Part shown: piece after piece, positions 1 through 13,479 of the stretch
Position numbering within the stretch: position 1 is the first letter of the stretch
How the letters are laid out: the number at the start of each line of letters is the position of its first letter
Assembly: GCA_010093815.1 (NCBI GenBank)
Contig: ML996596.1
Direction: 5' to 3' (one strand)
Source of the DNA: Pseudovirgaria hyperparasitica
Taxonomy: Eukaryota
DNA: 64,000 bases
The notes under the pieces: model-generated
Seen by the model: only the letters and a program-made list of their open reading frames with translations
Told to the model about the DNA's origin: nothing
Database searches by the model: none
Made by a program: the position numbers and the translations under genes

Positions 1-2466
1 AATCGAAACGATAAATTAACTCGAAATAATAATGTCTTCTATAACGATACTAAAGTCCGTTACTCTAGTAGGCTTACTTTAATTAGATACTCGTATAGAT
101 ACTACGCGATATTACTTTCTAAGTATTAGTAGAAGTATTAATAGTATTATTATAATATAGCTCTACGTTTCTCCGGTTCTTATATAAGGATAGCTTCTAT
201 TATCTTTAGATTTATAGTAACTATCTAAAGTCTATTATAAACCTTAAGGAAAGCTTTAAATTAGTTATTAGGGTATTCGAATATATAATTTAGTACTATT
301 CTTATTACTCTTATTTCTTTTATATTTATTTAATCTATTTATAGTATTAGTATAGCTATAGGGATCTAAGACCATTCGTACGTATCGTCGTCTTTTCTTA
401 GCTAATTTAAGTAAGTAGATTTAGCGGGAGTAGAAACTATAGATATTAGAGTAATAATAGTTTCTATATTTATAGTTATAGCGGCGCTTATAACGACGGT
501 AGCGGCCGTAGTACTTATAATAACGTTAATCTCTACGTTAGCTATAGTACTTATAATAACGTTAATATCTACGTCGGTTACGGCATTAGTTTCTACTAGT
601 AGTATAGTTTTAGTAGCGGCTTCTTCTATTTAGGAGTCTTCTATATTATAGAATTCGTTTACTAACTCTAAGTTATTAGTATTTATAAGCTTCGTAAATT
701 ACTACCTTTATTTCTTAAACTTATCTAAGACTACTTCTTCGTGTATAACTTTTATTAGATTATTATTTATATTAGTATCTAATTCTCTAACTTTAAGTAG
801 CTTAATATCTAAGCTCGATCTCTTATCGTCTAAGAGCTTCTAGACGTTTTATTCTAGAAGTTCCTTAAACTAATACTCTAGCGTAGGAATTCTAGAAACT
901 AGTATCTCTATCTAAATATTATTAAGTTTAGAATAGTAATTATAAGTACTAGCGGCCGCTACTTTATTAAAGAGCGTTTCGAAGGGTATTCTATTAGAAG
1001 CTTTATATAGTTTATCTTCTTTTATAGTAAGTAGATATTTAAAGCTATCTTAGATATATTACTAGTATCTTCTAATAATTTCTTCGATATCTTATATATC
1101 TACTTCTATAGTATACTCTATGGTTTTCGTTACGCTATTAGAATATTATAGGTTTATAATTATCTCTATAAATCTTTGTATCTAGCTAGTGATTCTTAGT
1201 ATTTATCTAATTAATTCTTTTCTAGATAAAGTATCTACTACGGGTGTAGTAGTTACTATAGGTGTAGCTATTACTACGGGCGTAGCTATTTCTACTATCG
1301 TAGCTATCTTCTACGTAGTAATCTTTTATACTTCTACTATAAACCTTTTTAGAGCCTCCCTTATAATATCTTTTATCTAAGCTTCTATCTCTTTCTTATA
1401 GGCTAAGATAAGTATATTTATTTCCGTCTCTTATTAACTAATAGCGTTTATAGTTAACGCGGTAGGAATTAAGGTAGATAAGGTTACGGGAATTAAGGTA
1501 GATTATAGCTCCGTTAGCTCTATTAGAGTAGATAGAAGTTCTAATAATATAGAAGCTACCTTAGATACTATTATTTTAGTAGTAATTAACTTTACCTTCT
1601 TTACTATTTTAGCTTTCTTTATAGTAGTAGCTAGTATAGCTTTTATAATAGAGAGTAGAACCTTAATTACCTCTATTACCTTTGTAACTAGAGTCTATAT
1701 TTCTTCTAGTATTCTTAATTTAATAACGCCTTTCGTTAGGTTTATTAGGACGTCTAAGGTAGATACTCTAGCCTTTAGTCTCTTAGGAATCTCTCTTACT
1801 AAAATAATTAGCTATATCTTATTAGTATTTATAAATCCTTTAATTATAAAAAAGTTATCTATTTTATTAAAACTAGGTAGCGAGCTTATAATAATAGTTT
1901 ATATAGAGATAGTCTACGTAGAGATTTCGGGTAGAGTTAAAGTATATCTACTAAGTAGATATTATAGTAGGAGTTTATTAATTTTTCTATTCTATGTAAT
2001 TCGGTCTTCGTGGGAACCGTCTTAAATAATTATTAGTATAGTTATCTAGTTATTCGTAGTACCGTAATTTAAAGAATCCGTAAACTATAGTATTTTCTTA
2101 TAGACTATAGTAAATTTCTATATAAGGTCTTTAAGAGAGACTATAGAGATTAGCTATATACGCGCTATATCTTCTATATATAGCGCGTGGACTTTCTTAA
2201 GTAGCTTTTCTTCTACTTCTTAACGCTAGTCGGCTATTATACTCTCTATTAGGCTCTATTTTCGAACTAAGTCTTAGAGTATAATCTTATTTAACGGTAT
2301 CTATAAGTGCACTTCACGGATATTTTTTATAATTCTAGTCTTATCTTCTAGAGAACTTAGATGGTAGATTAACTAGAACTAGTATCCGGACGATTATAGT
2401 ACTATTATATAGTTACTATTAAGACCTTTAAGGCGTTACGCGACGTACTAGAATCTTATATATCTA

Positions 2467-5400
2467 TAATAATAATAATAATAATATTATATAACTAGGT
2501 AGAGTAGTACTCTATAGGCCTATGCCTTCTCTAGTCTAAGCCACTATATAAGAAGAAACCCCATAGGGAAAAACTTCCTTATGTCTATAACTACATCTCG
2601 TTAAACCTCTATTTCGTCTTAAGTATATAGCCATAGGGTACGCCTATTAGCCTATAGCCTATATTACTATTATTTTACCCTTAGGTAGCACGTGTAGGTA
2701 CGGAGGTTATTAGTTAAGGGCTACCCTTAACTAATAATTAGGGTTCTCCCGGGGTTCTTCCGGTATATATTAGGTTACTACCAGCGTATACCGGGTCTCT
2801 TCTAGTATATATTTCCGGGTCTACTAGTACTAGAGAAGTAGTAGATATATAAGTATCTATTAGAAGACGTCTTTAGGGTACTTATTAAGCTATTATACGA
2901 CATCTAAAGTCTTTATAATATAGATAAGCTATTACCGTTATATATAGAGGTTAGGGTATATAGCTAGATAGTAGCGTATTATACCTCTCTAGCCGTACAC
3001 CTTATACTATAGGGAGGTGTCGGGAACGCCTCTCTTATAGATATAGTATAGGAGTCCTATAGCTGTTAGGCACGTGCCTACCAGTTGATTATACATGTGT
3101 GCAGTAGTCGTATATAAGTAGTGTACTCCACCCTTAAAGCAGTAGCTTCAAGATTCGGTCCTTTTAGTGTAGTTGGTTGGTGCGTAGAGCCCGCCTCCTT
3201 ATATAATCTTGAAGCTACTACGGGGTCACGGGTTCAACTCTCGGTCTAGTTAACCGTTATTGAATTTCGCACGATTTCGTTTAGCTTGCCACGTTACGTA
3301 TACTTTGTGCACGTGACGGATAACATGGTGGTAACGTTACTACGGTAAGTTAGCGTGTCTAGTACTAGAGGCGGCATTACGAGTATTGATTGGGTGTACA
3401 CATAATTCGTTTATACTAGGCCTATTATAGCTAGTTTATCTTTCGTGAGGTAGATGCCCACGACGTGTAAGGGCACGCGCCTTTAAAAAGGGGAGATATT
3501 GTTAGGCACGTGCCTGCCAGTTGATTATACATGTGTGTAGCAGTCGTATATAAGTAGTGTACTCTACCCTTGAAGCAGTAGCTTCAAGATTCTGTCCTTT
3601 TGGTGTAGTTGGTTAGTGCGTGGAGCCCGCCTCCTTACAATAGCGCCCGTTCGGGCTTGGATAAGTATAGATACTTAGGCTTTCGTTAGCCCTTTATATA
3701 TCTATTTACTTAGTTCCTTCTATGGCCCTCGAATCTACTCTAGGTATCTATTCTACTAGGAGGTCTAGTAGGTATAGAGTACCTCTTTCTACTTATCTTA
3801 AGTCTATAACCGTATATTTTTCACGAGTTCTTAAAGGCTCTATTAGTCTAGGAGAGCGTCCGGGTTATCTCGGACTTCTTATACTACTTAGCTAGAGTCG
3901 GCTTCTATTAAGCACCTATACCGTATTCGATTCCGGCCTATATATAGGAGTGCGTAGTAATATATACTAATTCATGCACGTAGCGCGGCGAAAGTATATT
4001 CTACGTTTCCTATGCGTTCCTATACTTATTATTTAGTAAAGTATACTACCCTCTATATCTAGTAGAAGTTATATATACTTATAACGTCTATCTCGCGTCG
4101 TAGTAGTACCGTGTTAGTAGCTTTATATACGCCTAATATAAGACGGAGTATACGGTTCTATATGGATTCGAGCTTTATTCGCCTAGTCTATATAAGGGCC
4201 GTGTACTAGTACTCGTGTCCGTACGTAAAGGCGGGTCGTGCTATAGATATATATAGCTAGCGTGCCTTATCCCGGGCGGTTCCCTACGTGGAGACTATAA
4301 TCCGTTATATAGTAGCTTCTACCCGGAGGGCCCTAGAGACGGCGTATACTACTTATAGTCCCTATTTAAGCTTACTATCTAGTATAACTCCGAGCGCGCG
4401 TATACTTTATACTAGTAGTTTATTAAATGCGTCGATTCGGGGGCGTTATTTGCCTTCCCTAGTTATCTATTTCCCTTAACGATTAATAAAGTGTATAAGC
4501 TAGTATTTCTCCGGGGCGAACTTTGCTCTATAGCGTTTTATCTACTAGAGGTACCTCTTATAGTTCTATTCTAGTCGTCTATACGTTCCGTTAGTATTAT
4601 TATTAATAGCTAGAAGATATATATTATCGGCGTATCCGACTACCTCTATATACTTTATTTCTTAAAGAAGGTCTACTATAAAGAAGAGGAATAGGATCGG
4701 AGAGATGGTACTCCCTTATAGGATGCCGTATACCGTCTCTTTATATTTACTCTAGTACCTAGGGATATATATCTAAGTTATTCTTTCTATAAGGAATAAC
4801 TATATAAAGCGTATAATCTATTCTAGTATTCGTCTTATCCGGAGGTTATAAATAAGTCTTATATGGTTTACCTTATTAAACGCTCCGGCTATATCGAGGG
4901 AGAGGAGTAATACTACCTATCCCTATTTCTATACGGCCTAGATAACTTTAATAATATATTAGATAGCTATTATTAGGGAGCTATCTATCTTTACCTTCTA
5001 GTTTAGAGGGAGAAGATTATATTCCTATACCGCGGTACTTATCTTCTTCGCTATTATAGCCTCTAGTATCTTACCTAGGTAGGAGAGAAGGGCGATTAGT
5101 CTCTATCCCTTTAGGGAGTTAGGGCTCTTTTCTAGTTTCGGGAGTATAATAGTATAGGCGACTCGGAAGCTCTAGGGGTGGTACCCCTATATAACGCATG
5201 CTTAGAATATACGAGTAATAAGTGGTAGAGTCGCTTTTATAGTACTTTTTAGATATTAATTTAGAATTCCATCTAGTCCGGGTACTTTATTATTTAGGAG
5301 TATCTTAATAATATTAAGTATATTCTCCTCCGTAACTTCTTCGGGGATATCTACCGCGTATAGATATTTAGCGCCGTAAACGTCTAATAGGTCTACTAGT

Positions 5401-8330
5401 TCCGGAAGAGGGAACATGGCCTCCCGTAGGGCCTTAGTTTTCTTAAGGCCCGTAGAGTATGTTCTCCCCTAATATATTAGAGGAGGTATAAGTAGCGGGG
5501 GTGTCGGAGTATCTACGCCCTTAGCCTATTTCGCCATGCGCCATAGCCCTATTATATATTATATCTATTAACTAGTAATTATACGCTACTATTTACGCCT
5601 TTTATTACGGAGGACTTTATTACGTTATTATATCGCTTCCTTCTATTCTTTCTACGACTCGGGTATTCTTATATAGTATACGCGTCTATATAGCCTTCGG
5701 GCGTCTTATCTACTTTCCCGTACTTAAGGAATCCCCTTTACTTCCGGGGGCCGGTATATTCGGTATAGTACGTATTTATTTCTTATATTCTAGTATGTTT
5801 ATAGGAGTATCTATATGGCCTGGTCTATGGCTAGGTCGTTAGATATATTAACTATAGAGGGATCTAGAATTACCGATTCTAGGTCCTTCAGGTACTTTTT
5901 CTAGTCGGTATCCTTCTATATCTATTATCCCTATTATTTATTTGGGGTATACACGTTTATTATGGTTTCCATGTATTTATGGTCGGAATCCGTCTATACC
6001 TAGCCTAGGCGGTAGTATTAGATCCGGTAACTAATATACTCCGTAGCGAAGGTAAGGTTAAGCATAGACCCGTCTTCGTCCTATTTATATTTTTTCTATA
6101 TAACTTATTCTATAGGTATAAGTAGGTATAGGAAGTCGTGGTAGCGGGTGCGTAGTTCTCTTACTCTAAGTTCTTCCCTAACTACGGCTAGGCCTCTCTA
6201 CTATTAGTAGTAGAGGTTAAAGTCTCCTAGAAGGATGTATTACCCTAGTTCCGTAGTACCCTTAAGTATCTCGTCTAGTATAAGTACACGTTATTAGTTA
6301 TATATGTTATATATATATAGGGGGCCTATATCTATTTATAGGTGTAGTATTATTCTAAGGTTATCGCGCTCGGTATACGACTATAATAAGAGTAGTATTA
6401 ACCTATGAATATAGAAGAGGACTCGTCTTTCTAGTCCTAGAGGGTATATAGTATAGTATCCGGGGTGTATGGTTAGTTTACTCGTCTAGTAGTGTTTATA
6501 GGGTTCCTAGATGGCGAGTATTATAGCCCTAGTCTCTTCGAGGAGCGTCGCCTAGTTCTCTCTTTTATATTATATATTTACCTATATAATTTAGAGTATA
6601 TTCTAGTCCCTTATTAGGTACTAGGGAGTATATATATCTATATACTTATTCCTTAGAGGCGCGACTATCCTCGCGCGGTAGCGGCTTTAACTCTATCTTT
6701 TAGTCGTTCTATCGTCTTTAGGATAGTCTACTATCCTACCTAACTATCTTCTAGAGGGGAGGTTAGAGGTATTATAAAGGAAGGGCTCGTAGTAGATATT
6801 ATATTCTATAACTATCTCGCGCCTCTCGCTTTTATCGTATAAATATATTCTATAATCTATTTACGTTTTATATACGTTAACGACTATAACGGGTATTTCC
6901 CGTTGTAGTTTAAATACTATACTATATCCCTATTTCTTAGTCCGTCTCCTCGCGGTTTATAAGGGTACTTCTAGGTAGTATAGTCTCTACGGTACTATCC
7001 GCACTTAGTCTTCTATAAGTACCTTTATATAGTATGTCTATACCCTTAATAGTTAAAGTACTATATTATTATCTATACTCTATTCTATGGCTCGGCTATA
7101 AGGAGCTCTCCTTCTATTAGGAATCCCTTCTATATAATATATTATACGAGGGCGGGGTCTCGGAGCTCTATAATTATAGTAGAGTGTTTTTTCGCCGTCG
7201 TCTTAATCGCCTATAGGTTCTTCTACCACGCTTTCACGATCTTAATCCCTAGGTATTTTCGCGTATTAGATTATTCTATACGCGTAATATTCTCCGCTCC
7301 GATAGCCTATCCCCGCACGGGTACTACATATACTATAATCGGGTATATAGCTACTCTAATAGACGCGCTAGGGAAGATACTACCTATTACGTTCGGATCT
7401 CGCGAGATGTTTTACTATATAGTATTTATTATAGTAGTAAGTACTACCCTATCTAGCGTAACTTTAGTAGCCATAACGCTTAACTATATTTCTTTCTATT
7501 CGTTAATCTTATTTATAATTTCCTTTAGAGATATCTATTAGACCTACGCTAGCGTGTCCTTATCCTAGATCACGATACGTATACTATATACTCTATCTAT
7601 AGTTCTAGTAGTTCTTAGTACGGTAGCTCCGGGTATTACTATAATCTAAGCCTATGTGTTAGGGCGCTTACCTTAGAATAGCTCTTTCTAGATTCTCCGT
7701 AGGCTAGCTTCTATTCGGTTAAGTCTACTACTAGGTTCCTCTTATAGCGACTTCCTTTCTTCCTCTATAATTCCTCTTAGATTCTGGATAAGATCCCGGA
7801 ATATATAAAGGAGGGTCTTCTTTCCCTTCTCGGCGTCCCTCTCTATATATATTACCTAGTATTTAATTTTATCTAGGAGGGTCTCCCCTCTCGGGGTCCC
7901 CTCGGTCTAGGTTATCTATAGCGCTTCGCACCCTTAGTTAGTTCCTATATTTTAGATAGGTGTCTAGCTATCTATATTAATGTCGCTATATAGCCGTTTC
8001 TACCGTACTAGTAGGGGCATATCCGGCGTATACCGGGGTATTATAATACCTAAGGCCGCCATGGTTATTAGTTAAGGGTAGCCCTTAACTAATAAAAGGG
8101 GGTCGGCGTGTTAGTATTTATTAGATGTGGTCTATGCTTATGTTATTAAAGAGTCTTCGAGTATATATATATAGTATCTCTACACGTTAGTATTATCGCG
8201 TATTATACGCTATACGTACGCACGTGTATCGGAGGTTATTATACTCGGTATACTCTATCGTTTAATGTATGTAAATCGCTGTTTTACCCCGAATTAACTA
8301 GTTTGGTCCGTTAGGGTATGAGAAGTTTTT
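2467..8330 (-). mobile_element. Tad1-clade LINE (copy 1), full length, RIP-inactivated, carrying a TRIM insertion
   Basis: (TAA)n tail at ~2467-2486. ORF1 ATG at 8062(-) with CCHC knuckle relics at ~6900-7070. ORF2 has an APE endonuclease (GDFNLH relic ~6205-6240) and RT (VGYADN = YADD at ~4620-4645). The 5' end matches the other LINE copies. Confidence 0.93.
3064..3639 (+). mobile_element. Miniature non-autonomous LTR retrotransposon (TRIM-like), 576 bp
   Basis: 140-bp direct LTRs at 3064-3203 and 3500-3639 (TG...CA, first copy RIP'd to TA). 5-bp TSD ATAGC at 3059-3063 and 3640-3644. PPT AAAAAGGGGAGA at 3485-3496. The empty site is visible in LINE-2 at ~26154. Confidence 0.95.
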
Positions 8331-8671
8331 TAGAGAAGATATATAAGAGATTAGTAGATATTTTTATTGGTAATAGGTCGGTAACCTACTAGGCGATAAT
8401 ATTAGGTAGCGGGATAATAACTAGCTAGTAGACACGATAAAGGTTTAGGCGTAGACTAATATAGTATTTTTATAGACGCGTGATACTTACGCGTTATTAT
8501 TAATAATTTTAAGCGAGCGTATATAGGAATTAAGGGGCTAAGAGCCGGGTAGAAGTCGGGGGTTAGTAGGTATATATCGGGCTTTCGACGGGCTTACACC
8601 TAACTTCTTCTAGTATACGCCTAGAATATCCGCCGTATACCGTATCATTACTATCTACTAATAATTATACT

Positions 8672-11600
8672 ATGGTATTTTTCCTTTATAGTAACTACAC
8701 CTCGAGATACTACGGGCCGTAGTCTCCTACTAATACTATAGTAGAAAGATTAGTAGTATATACCATATAATCCGTAGGTACTATATCTCGGAACCGTGTA
8801 GATAAGCACGGCTTACCGCATCGCTATTATTATTATAACTATTAGGCCCGTGGCTACCACTATCGACCGGGTCACAGCGCGGCTTTAGTACTCGTAGTTA
8901 TATTAGTCGATGGAACTCTTTAGTTCGCTCTATTAGTGTTTAGCCGTCGAGCGTTAATTAGAAGTCCGAGCCTATAGAATTAGGTACTTCTACTACTAAT
9001 ATTACCCTATATAAAGATACTACTATTTTCCCTAATCCTATTTCGGACCTAGAATCTATAGACGGCGTTACTAGTGGCCATGGTACCGATTTAGTATGTT
9101 AGTCTAATATATATAGTAGAAATGCTATGTCCATGGCGACAAGGGCGTCTAGTACTATATATTTAATAAAAACGTTCGAAGAGGAGAGTAGTATATATAT
9201 TATAGTAGACTAGAGTAGACGTGATAATCCGTCCGACGTAAGTATATATAGTCTAGATTTATAGTAGTAACTAATTTAGTAGGCCCGATTCGGTTAATTC
9301 GATAGTAAGTTTATAGAGCGCCTTATAATATAGACGAATCGGTTCGGTATTTCGAATGTAGTATATAATGAATTAACTACTATCCTTAAATAGACTTCCG
9401 CTATACCCCCCGACCTTTTTATACTAAAATCTAATATCGTACGTAAGTAGTTATTATACTACCCTAAAGGGATACCGCACGAAAGTTAGTAGCGTAGCTA
9501 CGATACATTCGGCACTACTATAGTCGAATACTAGTATAGGGATCCGCTTACGTTAGTGGAATTCCTCCTTAGGTACCGACCGTTCACTAGTAAGCTTATG
9601 TTTAAGCCGGTACGATAATTTACTAGTTTAGGCGACCGGGTATATAGTAAAGCCTATATAGTAGATGGTTAGTAGGATATATACGCTGCTATTCCGGATG
9701 GTACCGTCGTCGTCCCTATTGTTTTATCTTTAGATAAGACGAACCTTACTAACCATGGTAGTAATAGAGTAGCATGGCTAGTCTACCTATCTATTTATAA
9801 TCTACCACTAAACGTCCGCTTATCTAGGAGTCTACTATTATTTCTACTACTTACTCTATTACTAGTAGTTAAGCTAGAAACGGTAGCGAATCGCTTTATA
9901 TTCCATTAGATTATAAGTAAAGTTCTAGCCCGTATGTCCGCCCATGATAGAGTCGTTAACTATACTAATTATTATATAGCGTTATAGGCTATATAGAGTA
10001 CTAGAGTATTAGTATTATATACCGATGGTGGCTTACGTAAGTACTATCCGCGTTTAGCTTTATATATTATAGATTTTCCGGAGTAGGTGCTTGTTATAGG
10101 TGTATCCCATCGGTATATATGTCTAATATATATAGTCCCTAGTAATAGACGATAGTATCTACGAGAAGCTATTACTAGTATATAGAAGTTCCGTATATAC
10201 TCGTCGTTATAGGAATAGGTTTACCGTATACGTCGCGAGTTAATAACTAATAGCCATGGTAGCGAGTATACTAGTAGTAAGACAGATAATAGGATAAGTA
10301 TACCTAGTGTCTTATCGTTTTCGTCGACGTCTTTCGCGCTAGTAGCATAGGGCTATTATATTCGCTAATCGGTTAAGAGTCGGTATTCTAGTGGGTGGAT
10401 AGAGCCATTGGATAATTTCGCCTAGTTACTTACTAGAGTTAATATACACCGCGCGGTCGCTCCGGACATTCTACATTAACTATATAAGGGTATATTAGAA
10501 TATATATTTAATTAGATAGTCTCGCATGTTATTAATTAAGAGCGTATAGGACATAAGTTAAAGGGTGTATTTACTAGTATACCCCCTATAGAACGAGTAA
10601 AGAAGGCGATCGATAAGCGATTCGCGTCTATTAGGGCATTTGGTCGTCATAACCTACTTATGTATATAACTTTAGTAATATAATGGACGGGGGCGATATT
10701 TAAGCGTATACTAGTAGTGTTTATAGTCGCGTTTAAACCGCTCCTATGTTATAATCGATACTTTCTAAGCGTAGTGCAGGCGGTTATTAATATATACATG
10801 TTAGCGGCGTACTATACGTATAATACGTAGATACTAGCATACTTAGAAGAGGCTATATTACGCTTAGACGACCTAAAATACTAGTTTATACCATATTATA
10901 GAGATAAATCGGAGGATAATCATTTTAACTTTCCGAAGTTCCATGCATTATCGCACCTAGTTAATACTATTAAACACTATGGTTCGTTATATCTAATATC
11001 GGTAGAGCTACTAGAGCGATCTTATATTATAGTAAAGGAATTATATCGAGGTTTAAATAAGAGGGAGACGTTTCTATAGTAGATGCTAGTAGTAGATATA
11101 CGCACGACGAATACTAAAATCTCTAGTAGTATAGAGGTGGCGGCTAGTACTAGTATATTAGTAGCCCCTAGCCTAGAGTAGCTCGATAATACACGTAAGC
11201 TAGTCGGCTAGCGGCGTATTCTAAAGGAGCCACGCCGGAGTAAATATACACTCTACGTCTTATAGAGCCATAGACTATCTACGTCCTACTAGACTACCGT
11301 TAGCGACCTCCACGATATATATAGTAGTAGTTTTATATTACTCGATACGGTTACACCCTTTATACACAACTATCGTAATCGGCTTATTAGGGATAATATA
11401 TCGAAAGGTACAAATATTAAACGTATTAAAAAGGACCCTTCGTAGGCACGGGTCCTTTCTATCTATATATACGAGACCATGTACATACCGATACGACTAG
11501 ATAGAGATATATCTATAGAGGCCTTCGACCTGATTCGGGTAAGGTATATCTATAACTAGTAAAAGAGTAGTAAGGCTAGGGAGGATTATATAATAGTATA

Positions 11601-12033
11601 GAAGTTTAATGAGGGTAGTAACCACCTTAACGGGAAGCGGGTTAGTAAAGTCTATATATTTCTAGAGATATACGATACGGAGAGCATTAACGTAACTAGT
11701 AGTATAGCGGCGCGATTCCTAGGTGCGTTAGTTAAACTACTTAATAACTCGGGTAGAGGTAATATCAACACTATTAGTAGCCTTATACTATTATATATAG
11801 CGGGTTAAAGGTCTAGTAATAAGACTCGTACGATGGATAGGTTCCGTGTCTACGAGCTAGAGTATATCCTACGCCCTATATAGATTATATTACGTTAGTT
11901 AGTTACGGATGGTTTATTCTAGTTAAATACATATAGTAATTAGGGGATCTATAATAAGGTATATAACCTAGACTTCTAGGCTATAAATAGATAAAACGTG
12001 ACTATAGCGTTAAAACACGGGCGCGTATCGTAA
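8672..12033 (+). pseudogene. Plavaka-family transposase with C-terminal BAH-like region, spliced, RIP-inactivated
   Basis: Motifs in order: RDPL..VEFLL (9538), IPDGTVVVPIVLSLDKTNLT...AWLVYLSIYNL (9691-9806), YPRLA.YI.DFPE(Q) (10045-10086), PDILH(Q)LYKG (10462), HFNFPKFHALSH (10921). Introns GTAAGT..CTAAT..TAG at ~9238-9282 and GTATGT..CTAAT..TAG at ~9932-9979. The start position is approximate. Confidence 0.9.
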
Positions 12034-12099
12034 GTCTATCGCTATCTACCGCCGCCTACCGTAGTATACCGGTATATACTAGTATATAGCGGAAGTTAT

Positions 12100-13300
12100 G
12101 GTTCATACATAGTAGCACTCGATAGTCGTATCCTACACTAGGATATCTCTAAGGAATAATCGTGGTTTATTACGATCGGTTCTATAAAAGGCTTATATTT
12201 AATAACTATCTATAATTTTAGCTAAGGAGTATCTAGGGATGCACCTCCTTATTACCTAATAATTACTAGCTAGTATAAAAACTCCACGCCTCTAAAAGGG
12301 GCATATAGAACTTAAAGGATTCTTATTCACGGGTAGAACTAGACACGGATAGTATTAACCTAATATAGATAGATTATATATATTAATACCCTAAAATCTG
12401 AACTATGTCTCTAGGCCTACTAGACCTAGCTCGCACCCGATCCTAATGTTTTCGTTATTCGCATTTATACCTCGTTAGATACTAGGCATATAACGAGTCT
12501 ATGGTTAAGTAAGTATTAGGTACGTAACGAGTCTATTAATGAATAAGTGCCGGGTATATAACGAGTCTATATAAATAAGTGTGAATAAGTATATGCCGGG
12601 TATATAACGCTCTTACTAGGGAAACGTCTTCCTTAAGTATCTCCCCCTTCTAATATTTCTCCTTCTCTTTCTTTATTCTTTCCCTAGTCTTATAAGTATA
12701 GTTAGACTTACATCGCTATATTATTAATATATACGTTCTTATATAGACCGTTAGAAACTATAGTAACTAGATGTACGTTCTTATAATAGATAAATATACC
12801 ATACTAATACGTCGCATTGTTCGTGTTTAATATAAGGGTTTACTACTACGATTATTCGTCGTTACGCTCGTCTATCTCTTCTTAATAATAGTACTAATTA
12901 ATAACGACCTATTATAGAGATAATAGTTAGCATTACGTACTTCTCTTAAATATTTATATATTAATGTCGCATGAGTACATGCTTCGCGGAGGTCCTCTAT
13001 CCTTCCCTCGAGCTATCTAGACTATCCTCTAATCGCTAAAAACTCTTATATCCAACTATTTCTACTATTTATTCCTTGGTTCTACTTATTAGGCTTCGAA
13101 CAATAGCGAACCACGACGGGTTAGCGGTTATCTATATTTCGCGTACGCCGAGTTAGCATGCCTAAATATAATGGATAATAGTATATTTATAATAGTATAT
13201 ACTAGATCTTATAGTATTTCTCTTTGGCGGTAGATTCATGTGGTCGTAAAGACGGTCTACTATCCTATCGTGCCTATATACTACGCTACTCTTTTATCGT
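12100..13300 (-). pseudogene. Possible RIP-degraded ORF, unknown, perhaps with a Cys cluster
   Basis: Codon-like minus-strand frame (LEGRIEDLREACTHATL...RCKSN[Y/C]T[Y/C]K). Boundaries are uncertain. Confidence 0.3.
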
Positions 13301-13479
13301 ATGTAGATGGTATTACTAGAGTAGGGCTATCGCCCGGTAAACTTGACGTTATATGTAGAGTATTATGTATTTAACGTCGTTATTTCACGTGCTCTATGTT
13401 AGTACGGGATCGGATACCGGCCATATGTTTCCCCGCCTCTATTAAATTAACGAGTTATTACTAATAACTATATAGACTA

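Larger units (their letters stand above)
1..8361 (-). pseudogene. RIP-degraded ORF of unknown function (orfA), divergent from the Plavaka gene, interrupted after codon ~10 by LINE-1 (2467-8330); runs toward or past the window start
   Basis: The minus strand of ~1860-2464 reads as a continuous frame broken only by RIP-type stops. Removing LINE-1 with a 2-nt TA overlap joins it in frame to aaaaAT(A>G)TCTACT at 8361 (M-S-T-N-L-L...). Extension further left is assumed, not traced. Family not recognised. Confidence 0.5.
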
